A DNA stretch of 54,746 bases from Octopus bimaculoides (taxonomy: Eukaryota): contig NC_068982.1 of NCBI RefSeq assembly GCF_001194135.2, positions 28,036,047-28,090,792 on the forward strand. The letters run 5' to 3'. The notes below the pieces were generated by a model. The model worked only from the letters and a program-made list of their open reading frames with translations. It was not told where the DNA came from and did no database searches. The first letter of the stretch is position 1; each line of letters starts with the position of its first letter. Position numbers and translations under genes: made by a program. Positions 14,061 through 26,870 of the stretch are shown here, in pieces.

Positions 14061-14392
14061 CTGAGAAGTAATGTTTGTTGCCACTTCAACATGGCTATTC
14101 TGTACAAACTGATGTTACCACCATTCTTTAACCCCAAGAGGATGTCTCCTCTAGCTGGTTATTGATTGCGATCTGCAACTGATATATATATTTCAAGCAA
14201 GTGAGAAAACCACTACCATCTTCTAGCAACTGGAAGATGGTAGGGGTTTGCTCCCTGACTTGCAATATATATCAGGTGCAGATTGCATCAATAACCAGCT
14301 AGAGAAGGTGTCTTCTTGGGGTTGAAAAATGGTAGTAACGTCAGTTCATGTGGAACAGCCATGTTGAAATGGCAACAAACATTACTTCTTAG
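14061..14392. repeat. 332-bp fold-back palindrome with a 3-nt loop
   Basis: Arms 14061-14226 and 14230-14392 are reverse complements at roughly 80% by eye. The centre reads ctaccatcttctag-caa-ctggaagatggtag. Confidence 0.92.
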
Positions 14393-15175
14393 ATTCTGTT
14401 AACATTTCTAAAGCTAGTGCTAAGCAGTAGAAGCCCTGTAGTTCATGATGACATCAGTATACCTCAAAAAGTAATTAAATTAAAAACATCTTAATTTACT
14501 GTTTTCCAATATAATTTCAGCCTGTTATTTTTTGTTTCAATAATAAAATTGATTTCTTTTGTATGATATTGTTGTTTAACCTCAAGTCAAACCTGATTGA
14601 GTAAGCTTCTGGTCAAAGGCATTTAGGCTGTGATTTTTAATTTTAAGGTTATCATGTTTTTCTGTATACAAGTTGAATTTTTCAAACTAAAATTTACAGC
14701 CAAAAGAGATAGATTGACTTATACATGAAGTCAACTTTGGAGGACTAAAATCCCATATGAAATGCAGCAGGATTGGAAAGATAGAGATGATGTTTCAATG
14801 TTTACATATTTGCAATATATACTTGTATGCCAGAAAATGAAGTATCTAGTGCTATGTTCTTTGCTGCTTCTTCTAGCAGATTGAATGACCAATTAAAAGC
14901 TCTTTATTAATGCATGTAATATACATGATGTATGTAATATATGTCCAAGATGTAAAATATTATTTGGCAGTCAAACATGAACATTTAAAGTAGAAATGTG
15001 GCAAGGTCATAGACTATTTTGCCTAGGGACTCAAAACCATAATTATTCTAAAACTTGAACTCTTGGCCATATGATCAACAATTCAGTATCTTAAACTTAT
15101 TATATTCATTATAAGTTCATCTTACATAATTAAAATATCCCCTTGTAATTGACACTTTTGCTTTGTCTTTTCCAG

Positions 15176-15286
15176 TACACAATTGAAGAAAAATGGCTTC
15201 AAAAACAGCAAGAGATTGAACAGCAGTTAAAAAACTTTGAAGAAAAGTTAAGCTCTAATGAGAAATCATTGGATGAGTTTAAACAT
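15176..15286 (+). CDS. Internal exon of a probable FAM81-family coiled-coil gene, YTIEEKWLQKQQEIEQQLKNFEEKLSSNEKSLDEFKH
   Basis: Strong acceptor ctttgtcttttccag|, an open heptad-like frame, and a phase-0 donor CAT|gtgggt that joins exon 19318 in frame. An alternative donor at 15291 would break the frame. Confidence 0.75.
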
Positions 15287-16089
15287 GTGGGTAATTCAAA
15301 TTCAATCCAGTTATGTTATTAATTTCCTTGATGGTCTCTGTTTGGCTGTCATGAGTGCTTTTCTCTTTATTTGCCTCCTTGAAGTGACTTTTGTAACCTT
15401 ATAGATACTTTTTTTTTCATCTTGTTAGAAGTAAGGCAGTGCGAATGACTCATGACATGGAAGGAAGGAGGAAGGTATATTTGAATGCTCAGATGCTTGC
15501 AATGGAGTAGACTCTGCTAAAGAGTACCCAAGGTGGAAGGTGGTGGTGTTAAACCAGACCACTCGGTAAGTCTACCACCCAAGAACACCATTGCTGGATT
15601 TGAACTTAGAGCACAGAGAGCATCTGGCCCAATGTTCCTGTAGTTTTACCAGTCCACCACCTTGAATATTGATACTTTTATATCAACCTTGAAAGTATGA
15701 AAGGCAAATTTGACCTTGGCAGAATTTGAACTCAGTGTAGATAAAGCTAGAACACCAGAATCCATTCTGTCTGGTGTTTCAACATCTCCATTACTTCAAC
15801 ACTGCTGTATTCTCATGATAATCATTAAAATTTTATGATTATTGTGTATTCAAGCATCTGTGTATTGCAATGCAGTCTCACTTTGTTATGATGCTGCAGG
15901 CCTAACCAGGTAGGAGTATTCATGAGTCTCAATATATGAAAATTGTTTTCATTGAACATTGGAAGAAATTATCAGGTGGTTTGTTCAACTTATATCAATA
16001 TAGCAATGTGGACTGCTAGTAGCATGGAGAAAAACACAAACAACTGAGATGGTAATCCATTGTTTTGTAAAGCTTCTCCAGTTGTTTTT

Positions 16090-16450
16090 GTTTTCCACCC
16101 ATGGCAGAAACCAAATGGCCACCAAGAGGCCCAGCCCCTGTTGCAGGACAACCTCTAACCAGAGGTAAAAAGGAGTTTATATTAGGCCAACAACTCCTAC
16201 CTTAGAAAAAGTAAAGTTATAGAAGCATTGGTGATAATTCACAACAACCAACAAGACCTGAGAGAGGAAGACCTTCCTTCAGAAAAACATATGACGTGGT
16301 GCAGCAAAATTTGAAAGGAAGTTGCAAGGCCAAAGATACCAGGATCAAACTGGGAAGAAGCAAAAAGATAGCTTGGAGTTGAAAACAGTGTAAAAAAGTT
16401 GTTGATAGCCTCTGCTGCATAAGGCTGAAGTAATAGGTTGTGACAGATGA
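16090..16450 (+). mobile_element. RTE-derived non-autonomous element or remnant
   Basis: RGRPSFRKT...WEEA...ctctgctgcataagg resembles an RTE 3' end. Heavily decayed. Confidence 0.4.
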
Positions 16451-16929
16451 GTGAAGTTGATAGTTTGTCAATTCTTTCTCAAAAATTATTCAACTGTTGT
16501 GTACATCATGGCTTGCAGTTATTATTCTTTACTGCCAACTTCCTTAGTGATGTACAAATGATGAAACAATAAGAGAAATGTATTTTTACCTTTTAATAAT
16601 TGAAATATTGTTTACTTGCATGTTGTTTCGTGACTGGTGAAAGCTGCTGTTATTGTAATTGCTGTTATAAATATTTTTGTCTAGGTTAATAAGAAGTGAC
16701 ACATAATAATATTAGAGTTCTTTTCTTTTTTATTCATTTCTTTCTTTATTTATTACTAAATACAACAGAGTGTCACAATATAAGTTTTCACAGTCAACAT
16801 ACTGTTCTGTAATGCGTTGAGATGTGCTATAGTGTACTATAACAGTAAAAATAGTGTACTATATTATTCTGTAGAATGTTATAGTATAAGATGAACAGTC
16901 AATATAGTTTATTGCAGTTTATTATAGTG

Positions 16930-17099
16930 CAGTGCTCCGCAACCCCTTTTCACTTGTGGTACACATGTATTCTTATCAAAATTTCGTTGGCACACCTGAA
17001 GTAAAAATATAACTAAAAATATAGAGGGGAAAAATTATATTCTGGTTACACTGTGGCACACCTAGCATCGTCTCATGGCATACTGGTTGCAGAGCACTG
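16930..17099. mobile_element. hAT-type MITE (170 bp)
   Basis: 15-bp TIRs cagtgctccgcaacc / ggttgcagagcactg with one mismatch. Perfect 8-bp target duplication TTATAGTG at 16922-16929 and 17100-17107. Confidence 0.88.
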
Positions 17100-17994
17100 T
17101 TATAGTGTGATGTAACAGTCAACATAGTCTACTGCAAAGTTATAGTGTTTTGAAGTATAGTATAAATATATAATATTGTTACTACTGTTGTTTAATCTCA
17201 GGTCAACTATGAATGGATGGTGCCAATCATTAAAGACATTCCAGCCATGACCATCCCCTTCTCCTCTTGAGCATTGCATGTCTAGGATGACATTATCTAA
17301 TGTGTCCTCTTTTCAAGGCAGTATGATGCAATTGGATGGAGATTTGGCTACTAAATCAAGCAACTATAAACCCACCACCTGTCTGTCCGTGTGTGTGTGT
17401 GTGTGCGTGTGTGTGCATGCGCACATGCATACATGTGTTAGTTCATATAAAATCAAAATTGTAAACAACCAATTTGTTGTATTACCATGTAATCTAGTGT
17501 CTAGAGAAGTTCCAATATGTTCTTACTTCAAGTATATTATAATTCTTTCCTCAAAACCACAACTTATTCTAGTACTTTCATTACAAACTGCTTCCTTTGT
17601 TCATTTTATTGGAATTCAGTTCTTTAATCTGGCAGTTTATGTGGTGCAATCATCACTAGACTGTTTCTGCTACCATTTTATATTTGTTTTGCAACACTGC
17701 ACAAACTTATATTTCAAATATAGAAACCAATTCCTTATCATTTAAATATTATAGCATAATAATCACAAATATTTACTTTTTCCGAAGTGTTCCAGTTCAG
17801 TATGTATTTATGCAGTAAAGTGAGATTTTGAGAGATTCTTCTCAGAATCTTTTTTCTTGATTTTCTTTTGAAGCTTTCCATGCTCACAAATAAAGAGAAA
17901 AAAAAAAATGAAAAAAAGAAAATAGTAATGTGGTTTTTTATTTGGAATTATTATAAAAGGATATCATCTTTCAGTTTCTATGTTTGTTTTTAAT

Positions 17995-18640
17995 ATGGTA
18001 TGAGTCGAACAGGCTTTCATTGCATCTCTTGCGTTGCCTTAGTCTCGTATTGTCTCCTTTGTGAACCTCAAGGTTATTCATGGCACATTTTCAGAAGATA
18101 TTATTACTCGGCATCATATATCTGTAGAAGTCTTGGGTTTATTTGTTCCTAACCGTTCTTGAGGATTAACATTGCACACTCAATGGAACTCATTCATCTT
18201 GTTTCTTTTCAACCATTTCACTTCCTTTGAGTTCATACTCAATGTTTTTACTTCAAAACATCATGTATTTTAAATTGGTAGCGTTTAATTTGAGGCATAT
18301 TTGACTGCTGTTTTCATAGAGGCTATCTCATTAGTTCAAGAAATTTGTTGTTTCTCACAGAAGTTCTAGTTTTTTTTTAAACTTCTGCTCCCTTCCTAAC
18401 TTTAGTCATTATGACATATTTCACTTCATCAGCGTATCTAATTTCAACCAAGTCAGAGAATTTATGTTGTGCTCTTTATGAGTAATTCTTAATCTTTACC
18501 TCATTCTCAAATGTTGTGAGAATACTTGAAGTTTTGCTTTCTAGTCAATGTTTTTTGTTTCGGCAGCACTTTTATGCACTCAAGTATTACAAAATATTGA
18601 GTTTCCCAATTATTCCTTCTTACATGTAGAACAAGACTAC
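17995..18640 (-). mobile_element. Decayed LINE reverse-transcriptase fragment
   Basis: The minus strand contains LVEIRYADEVKYV, a YADD-like RT motif, in a stop-riddled segment. Confidence 0.35.
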
Positions 18641-19317
18641 ATAGCCTTTAGTAGCCATTAGAACAAAGTAGTGCTTGGTTGTATCCTTGTTCTCTATAAG
18701 GAATTTTAAATAAAATTCATTCTTCTAAAAATTGTACTATTTCTGCCAGAATAAGCCGTTGTAATATTTTGATAGTGTCTCATTTTGTAGTGGTTGAGAG
18801 GTTAAGGTGCTGGGCTACTGATCCATAGAGTAGAGTTTCAAATGCTATCAAAATCACTGTATTAAAGAGTGAGGATACATTACAGTATTTTTTAACATTT
18901 TACAGTATTATACACACTTTGGTATGTTTAAGAAAATGCTTGTTTTCTTATCCCTATTTTCGAACATTTTATCTATTAACTTCTACTTTCTCAGTTTAGT
19001 AATTACTGTTTAATTCTGACTATTTATAATCAATATACTACATTTCTGTTGTAATTTCTTCTCTTTGTTCTCATCACAAATACCTTTCGTGTTAGAATCA
19101 TTAGACATAAAGTCTGATAGTTTAATTAGTCAAAATCTATCCTACATGCTTAATTGCTGTTTGCTAATGATTTATGTTTAAATAATACTTATGAACTGAC
19201 AAGTTTAATCCATGTTTGAAGTAGAGTTAATATAAAAATGTTTTAAAAAAATAACCACACTTTGATATTAATCGGACTTATCAAATCAGCATTTTGTTTT
19301 TGTCCATATCTCTTCAG

Positions 19318-19521
19318 TTTATGAAAGATCAATTAAACACTGTCTATAAGCAACTTCAGAAAAACATGGATCATTGGAAAGAAGAGTGTCGAAGTGGATT
19401 TCTGGCTGTTCATGAAGGACTTAGCAACATGGATAAAATAGTAGATGGCAAATGCTTGCTTATGGAACAGTTACTGCGTAAAGAAATCAGTCAGATAAGG
19501 AAAATGGTAGTTCTTATGTGA
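19318..19521 (+). CDS. Terminal exon of a probable FAM81A/B-like protein, FMKDQLNTVYKQ...SGFLAVHEGLSNMDKIVDGKCLLMEQLLRKEISQIRKMVVLM*
   Basis: Acceptor tctcttcag| and TGA stop. The C-terminus resembles FAM81A [34 protein letters not shown] as recalled, so the family call is an inference. Confidence 0.7.
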   Translation, partial: FMKDQLNTVYKQLQKNMDHWKEECRSGFLAVHEGLSNMDKIVDGKCLLMEQLLRKEISQIRKMVVLM

Positions 19522-19774
19522 TATCATGGCCATATATTTTATGGTATTTCAGCACATTTTATTAGTTTATAACACTGACAGTGAGCAACTAAACTGAACA
19601 CACAGTAATATAATTTGTTCTGTTTTGCTCTTTTCTCATTCAAAATTTCGTTGAATGAAATGACTATCTTCCCCACAAAATTGCATTTTTCATATGTCAG
19701 TGTACCAGTATAGTAAAGGTATGTGTTCTTGTTTTTTAGATGTATATAAAATACACAATGGGAACTTATACATT

Positions 19775-19798
19775 AATAAATGTATATTCAGAAATAAA
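19775..19798 (+). terminator. Candidate polyadenylation signals for the plus-strand gene
   Basis: AATAAA at 19775-19780 and 19793-19798, about 250 nt after the stop. Such hexamers are common by chance in AT-rich DNA. Confidence 0.35.
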
Positions 19799-19982
19799 GT
19801 TAATTCCTTTAAGCTAGACAATCAAACCATAGTAGAGGTGCATTTGAACATGACTTTAAATATTTAAATATATAAAGCCATGTTCATATATATATTGTAT
19901 ATTTTTTTTACCAAGCATTTTTAATTATTTTATCAACCACAGATGTATTTATGAACATTGAGAGTATTGACCTATGCAGTCT

Positions 19983-20197
19983 TTAACCCTTTAGCATTTA
20001 AGCCAGCCATATCCAGCCCTAATATCTCACCTGTTTTATGTTCAAACTGGCCGTATTCGGCCTCTCCCATCTACCCTAAAAATAAACAATCACATCATCA
20101 AAATCTTGAAGCAACGAGATAATGCATGGTTAATTCAAAACAATGTGAATAAATAAGCATATTTAACTGCTGAATAATCTGAATGTTAAAGGGTTAA
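19983..20197 (+). mobile_element. piggyBac-type MITE (TTAA-flanked), copy 1
   Basis: TTAA-CCCTTTAGCA...TGTTAAAGGG-TTAA ends. The internal sequence is shared with copies at 40885, 46738 and 48880. Confidence 0.8.
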
Positions 20198-22214
20198 ATC
20201 ACTTCTAAAGTTCCAAAGTAACCATGATATGTGCTTGTTGTCACACATCTATATACATTCATTCATTATCTTATTCATGTTCATGTAATATACTATATTT
20301 ATACAAATATTAATTAAAATGTTTCATTTATGTCTGAATATGCCTAGGCTACACATTCCTCTCAGTATTTATTTCATATATCGTATTTCTGAATGCAAAT
20401 CCAGTCAAAATCAAATTTAGTGTATCAATGATACACTGTGATGCACTAAACATTTTATTTTGCCAAAGAGCTGACAGAAACAGAACCATGTTATGAAGAT
20501 GTTTTGTTTTTCTTTTTTTTCTTTGTGAAAGGTGATTGCAGTTATACCTTCACAAAACATTGAAAATAACTGCATTATATATTTTCACTGATACTGCTAT
20601 ATTGCTTGGGTTAAGCTGCTTCCTAAAATAATACATTTTAAATTAGATTATAACAGACCAGCTATACCCAGTCTTCCAAATGAATTGTAACCAAAGCACT
20701 GATGTGGAATAATGGATTATTCAACAGAGTTGAAAATTGTTATTTATTTTTAGTTTTCTGTCACTTTCAAATCACACATTCTTTTATAAATACATGAAAA
20801 AGCTATATATATTTATATACTATTTTGGTTTATTTATTGTCTGTTTGTATTGTTCAAGGTTTTTGATTTAAAAAAAAAAATAATTTATAACAGATTTATG
20901 AACTTATTTAAGCAGGTTCCAGCGTTTTCGCTTATCATTTCACAATGCCATGAGTTCCTTTCAGTAAAGAATTATCTAAACTTACCAAAGTTGCTATCAA
21001 ATAGTATTTGGGGCTGTGAAGGAAAATACAATCTATGGAAGGCTTAATGAACTGAATTGGTGGTGGTGGTGGTGGTGGGGACACACAAAACAAAACAAAA
21101 ACAAAAGGGCAATACTTTACATTCCAGTTGGCAACTTTGTTCCAGAAAAGTTACAAACATGCTCAACACACATGAGGAATTGTATTTTATATCTTAATTC
21201 TAAGTTTGTTAGCTAACCAGCAAGGAATTGTGTAGCAATGTATGATGTCTCCAACTACCATGATTTGATCTTCCCTTAAAGGAACAAATATTAAAGAATG
21301 AGGACTGAGTGTCTGGGCAAAGGTGATTGGTCGACTAATTTGACTGAATCCTGCTGTTGAATGTTACAAGATTTAGTTGACCTCTTCATGTGGACAACAG
21401 TCTGTATTGATGATGATGATGATGATGACAATAGTTATTTTGAGAGTGCTAGTAATGGAAAAAATCAGAGAAGCTAGACCAATCAAGTAAGTAGTAGTGA
21501 TAATGACCAGTTTTATCTTAAAGTGTGGAATACACTGGCCATTCCTCTCAGGGTCTTAGGGGCCCAATGCTAATCTATGCTGTGACTGTAGAACCTAAGG
21601 ACTTTGCTTTGGGTCCTATAATGCTGTTATGACAGCCGTGATAATGGTGAAATGGTAAGGATGAATACTACTTCTTGGATAATGTTAGATAATCTCAAAT
21701 TGAATTGACATCTACTAAAAACAGATCAAAATTTAATATGTGGCTTGTAAAAAAAAAAAAGCACAAAATAACTCAACATACTTTGGTTGTTAATATCAGG
21801 AATGTTCAAAAGTAGAATTTAAATAGAGAAGCTATTAAAATTGTCACTCAGTCAATATATATTACCAATGAGTAATAAGTGTGTCTCGCGGCAAATTCTT
21901 AATTAATCAAGGTTTCATCTTGGTTTCAATTTGAGCTTGAAATTGTGTTCATACATTTGTTAATACTTCTACTTCTTGGGAAGACAAGATTATGATGTAA
22001 TCTCATTCTTCTTATATTATGAATCTTAGTAGCAGATCATCATCAATGTCCGCATTGGTACTGTTGTTGTCGTCATTGTCATCATTTTAACGTCCACTTT
22101 TCCATACCTGCATGAGTCAGATGAAATTTGTTGAGGTATATTTTTTTACAGCTGGATGCCCTACCTGTTGCCAACCCTCACCTCATTTCAGGCAAAGAAA
22201 TATTTCCCTGTGAC

Positions 22215-22433
22215 GGTGAGCTGGCAGAAACGTTAGCACGCCGGGCGAAATGCTTAGCAGTATTTCGTTTGCCCCTATGTTCTGAGTTCAAATTCTGCCA
22301 AAGTCGACTTTGCCTTTCATCCTTTCAGGGTCGATTAAATAAGTACCAGTTATGCATTGGGGTCGATATAAATCCATTTGCCTGTCCTTGTTTGTCCCCT
22401 CTGTGTGTAGCCCCTTGTGGGCAGTAAAGAAAT
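22215..22433 (+). mobile_element. SINE family B (GGTGAGCTGGCAGAA...GTTCAAAT...AAAGAAATAAG) nested in a family C element
   Basis: 20-bp duplication aagaaatatttccctgtgac at 22195-22214 and 22434-22453. A second close copy lies at about 22815-23048. Confidence 0.85.
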
Positions 22434-24967
22434 AAGAAATATTTCCCTGTGACCAAACATGTTTCCATGGAAGACTGAAAATGAAGGACACCACTTGTGT
22501 GATGGTGACACTTGTTTACAACTATCACACAATATCAAGGAAAGGAGACAGTAACACACACACACATGACAGGTAGGCTTCTTTTGCTTCCATTTACTGA
22601 ATCCACTCATAAGGCTTTGGTCAGCCCAGGGCTGTAGCAGAAGATACCGGCCTAAAGTGCAAGTGCCATGCAACAGGACTGAACCTGAAACCATGTGATT
22701 AGGAAGCAAACTTCTTACTACTCTGCCACACCTGTGCCTATTCAATTAATTAATAAGTGGTAGTGGGTGACAGAAATGATTACAAGCCACGTATTAAATC
22801 TTGATCTGTTTTAAGACGGTAAGCTGGCAGAATGTTAGCACGCCGGGCGAAATGCTTAGTGGTATTTCGTCTGCCGCTACATTCTGAGTTCAAATTCCGC
22901 TGAGGTCAACTTAGCCTTTCATCCTTTCGGGGTCGATTAAATAAGTACCAGTTACGCACTGGGATTAATATAATCAACTTAATCCCTTTGTCTGTCCTTG
23001 TTTGTCCCCTCTATGTTTAGCCCCTTATGGGTAATAAAGAAATAAGAAATGATTGTAAGACTGTTTATCAACAGTGTTTAGTTCCATCCTTGTGTGTTCT
23101 GAGTTTATATTTTATTAAGCAGGGTTAACTATCATTCATGTACCAGAGTTGGTTTAAGTAATTGTACCACAAATTTATGATTCATTTCTCAATGTTGGAA
23201 ATTGTAGTTAATAATAAATATGAGAAAAAGATGAATTTACACAGACAAATTTACTATTCACTATGTTTTGTGAAGGAGAATTTACACAAATCATATAATG
23301 ACAGAATGTAATCATAATCTATATTTTATTACATTTATACTTAAATTTTTTGATCTATGAAGGTGGTTTGCTTCATAGAAATATGTTATAATCCTTCCAA
23401 TATATTCCAGTTTTATAACTTGGATATTTTTCAAAGTTTATAATTTTGATAATTTTGATGGAGATAAAAAAAGATTTTGTAAAATTGAGTTTCAGTTTGA
23501 ATTATTCAGTTTATATTATATTTTGTGAATGTTTTGAAATAATAAAAGCTAAAACTAAAAAAAAAAAATACAAAAAACAAAAGCAATTTTAATTTTACAA
23601 ATACGTATCAGTCTTTAACATTTATCTTTATTAATTTTTTTTTTCCAGAAATTCTTCAGAAAAAAATATCTCCCATTTTTCAATCAGCTTTCTATTGCAT
23701 ATATGTGTGTGAGTGTATATGTGTTTGTGTGTGTGTGTATATGTATGTGTGTGTGTGTGTGTGGACATGTATGTGTGTTGAGAAAGAGAGAGAGAGAGAG
23801 GGACATGCAGAGAGACAGAGAGAAAAAGAGAGTATGAGAGGAAGCAGATTACATTAATATAAATGTTAATATTTATATATATAAGAGACATATAAACTAG
23901 CAAATGACAAGAAAATATTTCTAAGTGCAAAGTGGAACATGTGCTGATAGTAATTAGACAATATGTAGATCTAATATTTTCTCATCAGTCTTTATAATAA
24001 ATATGACACCATGCAGTGAGGTCAAACTGAGATCTCATAATTCTTAAGTGAACTTTTTAACCATCTGGTTATAATGTGCCTATACAAAGACAGCTCAAAA
24101 GTAAATAGGTACCTCTCATTATGTCCTTTTGTCTGTGTGGACACTACTCATTAGTATGTAAGGTTATTACCAGTTCAAATATGCTTGCAGCATATTCAAA
24201 CCTGTAAGAAAAAAAGACCCATTCACTGTGTTTTGTCATGGAGAAAATTTCTCACTGTTGACAAATGATATAAATACACTAAAATCAGCTTACAGAGCCA
24301 CCTACCAAGACTGTGAGATGCAAACATTTCAGATTGGTTATCTCCTCTTCAATCACAGAAACCGGACATGGTATGATGTGAGTTGATAAGAGAAATTGTC
24401 TCTCTTATGATGTTCCCATCATCATACAATGACTGGTAGTGTTAAATGGCAGCTTACCTCAAACAAATTATAGGGTGGTAGCTGCCACCGTGTAAGATGT
24501 CCAAGTGGGTTAAATTGCCAAAACACTGCATATGGTATGTCTACTAAATACTAGATTAAATATTTGAAAACGTCATATAGTGTTATTGTATTTCTAGAAG
24601 GAAATCTTTCTGGGGAAAAAAAAAGTCTATTTACTTTTGAGATGTCTGTGTATATATCAACATCATCGCCACCATGATTGTTTTAATGTTTATTTTTACA
24701 TACTTGTATGGGTCAGACAAAATTCACTGAGGTTGATTTTCTATAATCAGATGCCCTGCCTGTCGCCAATTCTTACCTCTCTCTAAGCAAAGTAATATTT
24801 CCCTATGGCCAGATATTTTTTATAGGAAATTATAAACAATAGATACTGCTTATTTACGATTACCATGTGATATCAAGAGAAGGAGATACAGATACGTACA
24901 CCTCCATGCATGGAATTTGGACCCATGTAGTTGGGGAACAGACTTCTCAATCACATAGCTACAGACT

Positions 24968-25318
24968 AGTTTAACACCATCATCTGATCCTGGATTATTT
25001 TTAATGGAGCTCAATCTACTGCAAGCATTTGAGCCAGGTTTCCAGTTTGAGGATAACTTTCTCCCTTGCTTCTTACCAATCTTAGAAGAGCTGAAAAAAT
25101 AAAGGTTTATGAACCGTTGCCCTCCTTACAACTTGACTAAACAGTGAAACACACACACACACACACACACACAAGGAAAAGACAGGTTGGTCAGAGGTGA
25201 TCAAAGATTAGTAGAAGCAAGGGATAAAGTTATCTTCAAACTGGAAATCTGGCTCAAATGCTTGCAGTAGATTGAGTACTATTAAAAGTCATCCAGGATC
25301 AGGTGATGGTGTTAAACT
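24968..25318. repeat. Inverted repeat with ~106-bp arms around a (CA)n-containing spacer
   Basis: 24968-25073 is the reverse complement of 25213-25318 at about 90% by eye. Confidence 0.9.
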
Positions 25319-26870
25319 TGCATTGATTTTATTTAGACTGTTTTTGTCTACTTTGTTGTTCTTAGTTAAACAGTGAATTATGCCTTTCTTTGGCATCTAC
25401 TAACAGTTGAGCTAATGAGAAGGCCTCTACGTGCCTGTGGCTTCTGAACCTGCTAGAAGTGACAGTTAAATCTCCCTCAAATTTATACTCTTCTGTTTTA
25501 AAATAGCAAGGGTACATTAGATAATGTAGTCCTAGATATACTAATTCCAAATGAAAAGCAGTTTGGTCATGTCAAGAATGCCTTTGATCATAAATCTTCC
25601 TTAGGCTAACCAACCAGCCAACCAACCAACCAAACAGTCAGCCAATCAACCAAACAGCCAAATTATTAACTGGCGGTCTATTCAAAATTAAATATCTTTA
25701 ACCTTGGATATGTTGCAGAACCAATGACAAAATATGGACTATTTAAAGAAAACAAATAAAAGATTAAAAAAATAATGTTTCTTTTTCTTTACTGTTGTTC
25801 TAAAGTGAAAAGGGAGAAAATAGCTAATAGAAGCATACTGAATAAAATTTAGAAAATATATTATATTTTTGTAAATCATGTTTAGGAAAAATAGAAATAA
25901 AACTAAAAATATATTTTAATCAATAAATTTTTCTTTAAAAACTTTTTGTTGCTGATCTGAAATAAGTTGTCCCAAAAACAACGAAAGTTTTTGAAATTCT
26001 GAAAGCAGATTAAATGTAATTTAACAATAGTAACTGCAAGTTATGATTTAAAAAATTATAGCAGAAATTTGGACATAATCCTGATAAAAAGTCCATGGCA
26101 TATCTTTGAAATGTTCCAGTTTTCTCAAACTTAATAAATGTTTTGAATAAGATCAAAATGTTCTTCATCAAATTTTCTTGGCATTTTAAACAAATTCCAG
26201 GGTTGTAGATTGGCAGAATCATTAGAATGTTGGACAAAATGCTTTGTAGTATTTGTTCTGACTCTTTACATTTTGGTTTCAAGTCCTGCCCAGGCTCACT
26301 CTAACTTTCATCCCTCTTGGGGTGATAAAATAAAGTATCAGTCAAGTAATGGAATCAATTTAGTTGACTAAACCCCTCTCTTCAAAATGTTTGGCATGTG
26401 CCTAAATCAGAAATAGTTTTAAATAAACTTTTTTATAAACATTTAACCAAAATTATTTCTCTGGAAACATTTTGTGAAAATTCTTCAGAAATTATTAGCA
26501 CATTTTCTGATATAATATTTATCAAAATATTTTAACCTCTTCAGTTAATTTTAATTTTAACAATAATGAAAAACACAATAAAATAAACAAATGAATATCA
26601 ATGACAAAATAAAACTACATCTAATTTTCATGATAGTTCTTTTAGAAATATTTTGGATTAAATTCTCAATAGAATTTTTGACCAAAATTCTTTGAAAATT
26701 TTAAATAAAAAGTCAAGGAAATATTTTCAGAGAAATCCTAAGAGCCCAAATGTAGTGGGCTTAAACTTTGCTGTAGGCACTACATTATGAGTTTAAGTAA
26801 ATTATTTCACTTCACTTTTGTCTTTTAGTTAAGAAATAAGTAATGTTCCCACTTAAAAGAGTGCTTAATA

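Noticed and set aside
17202-17270. Apparent exon after tttaatctcag
   Set aside because: It matches a dispersed repeat also seen at about 3715, 14580 and 52040, and it has an early stop.
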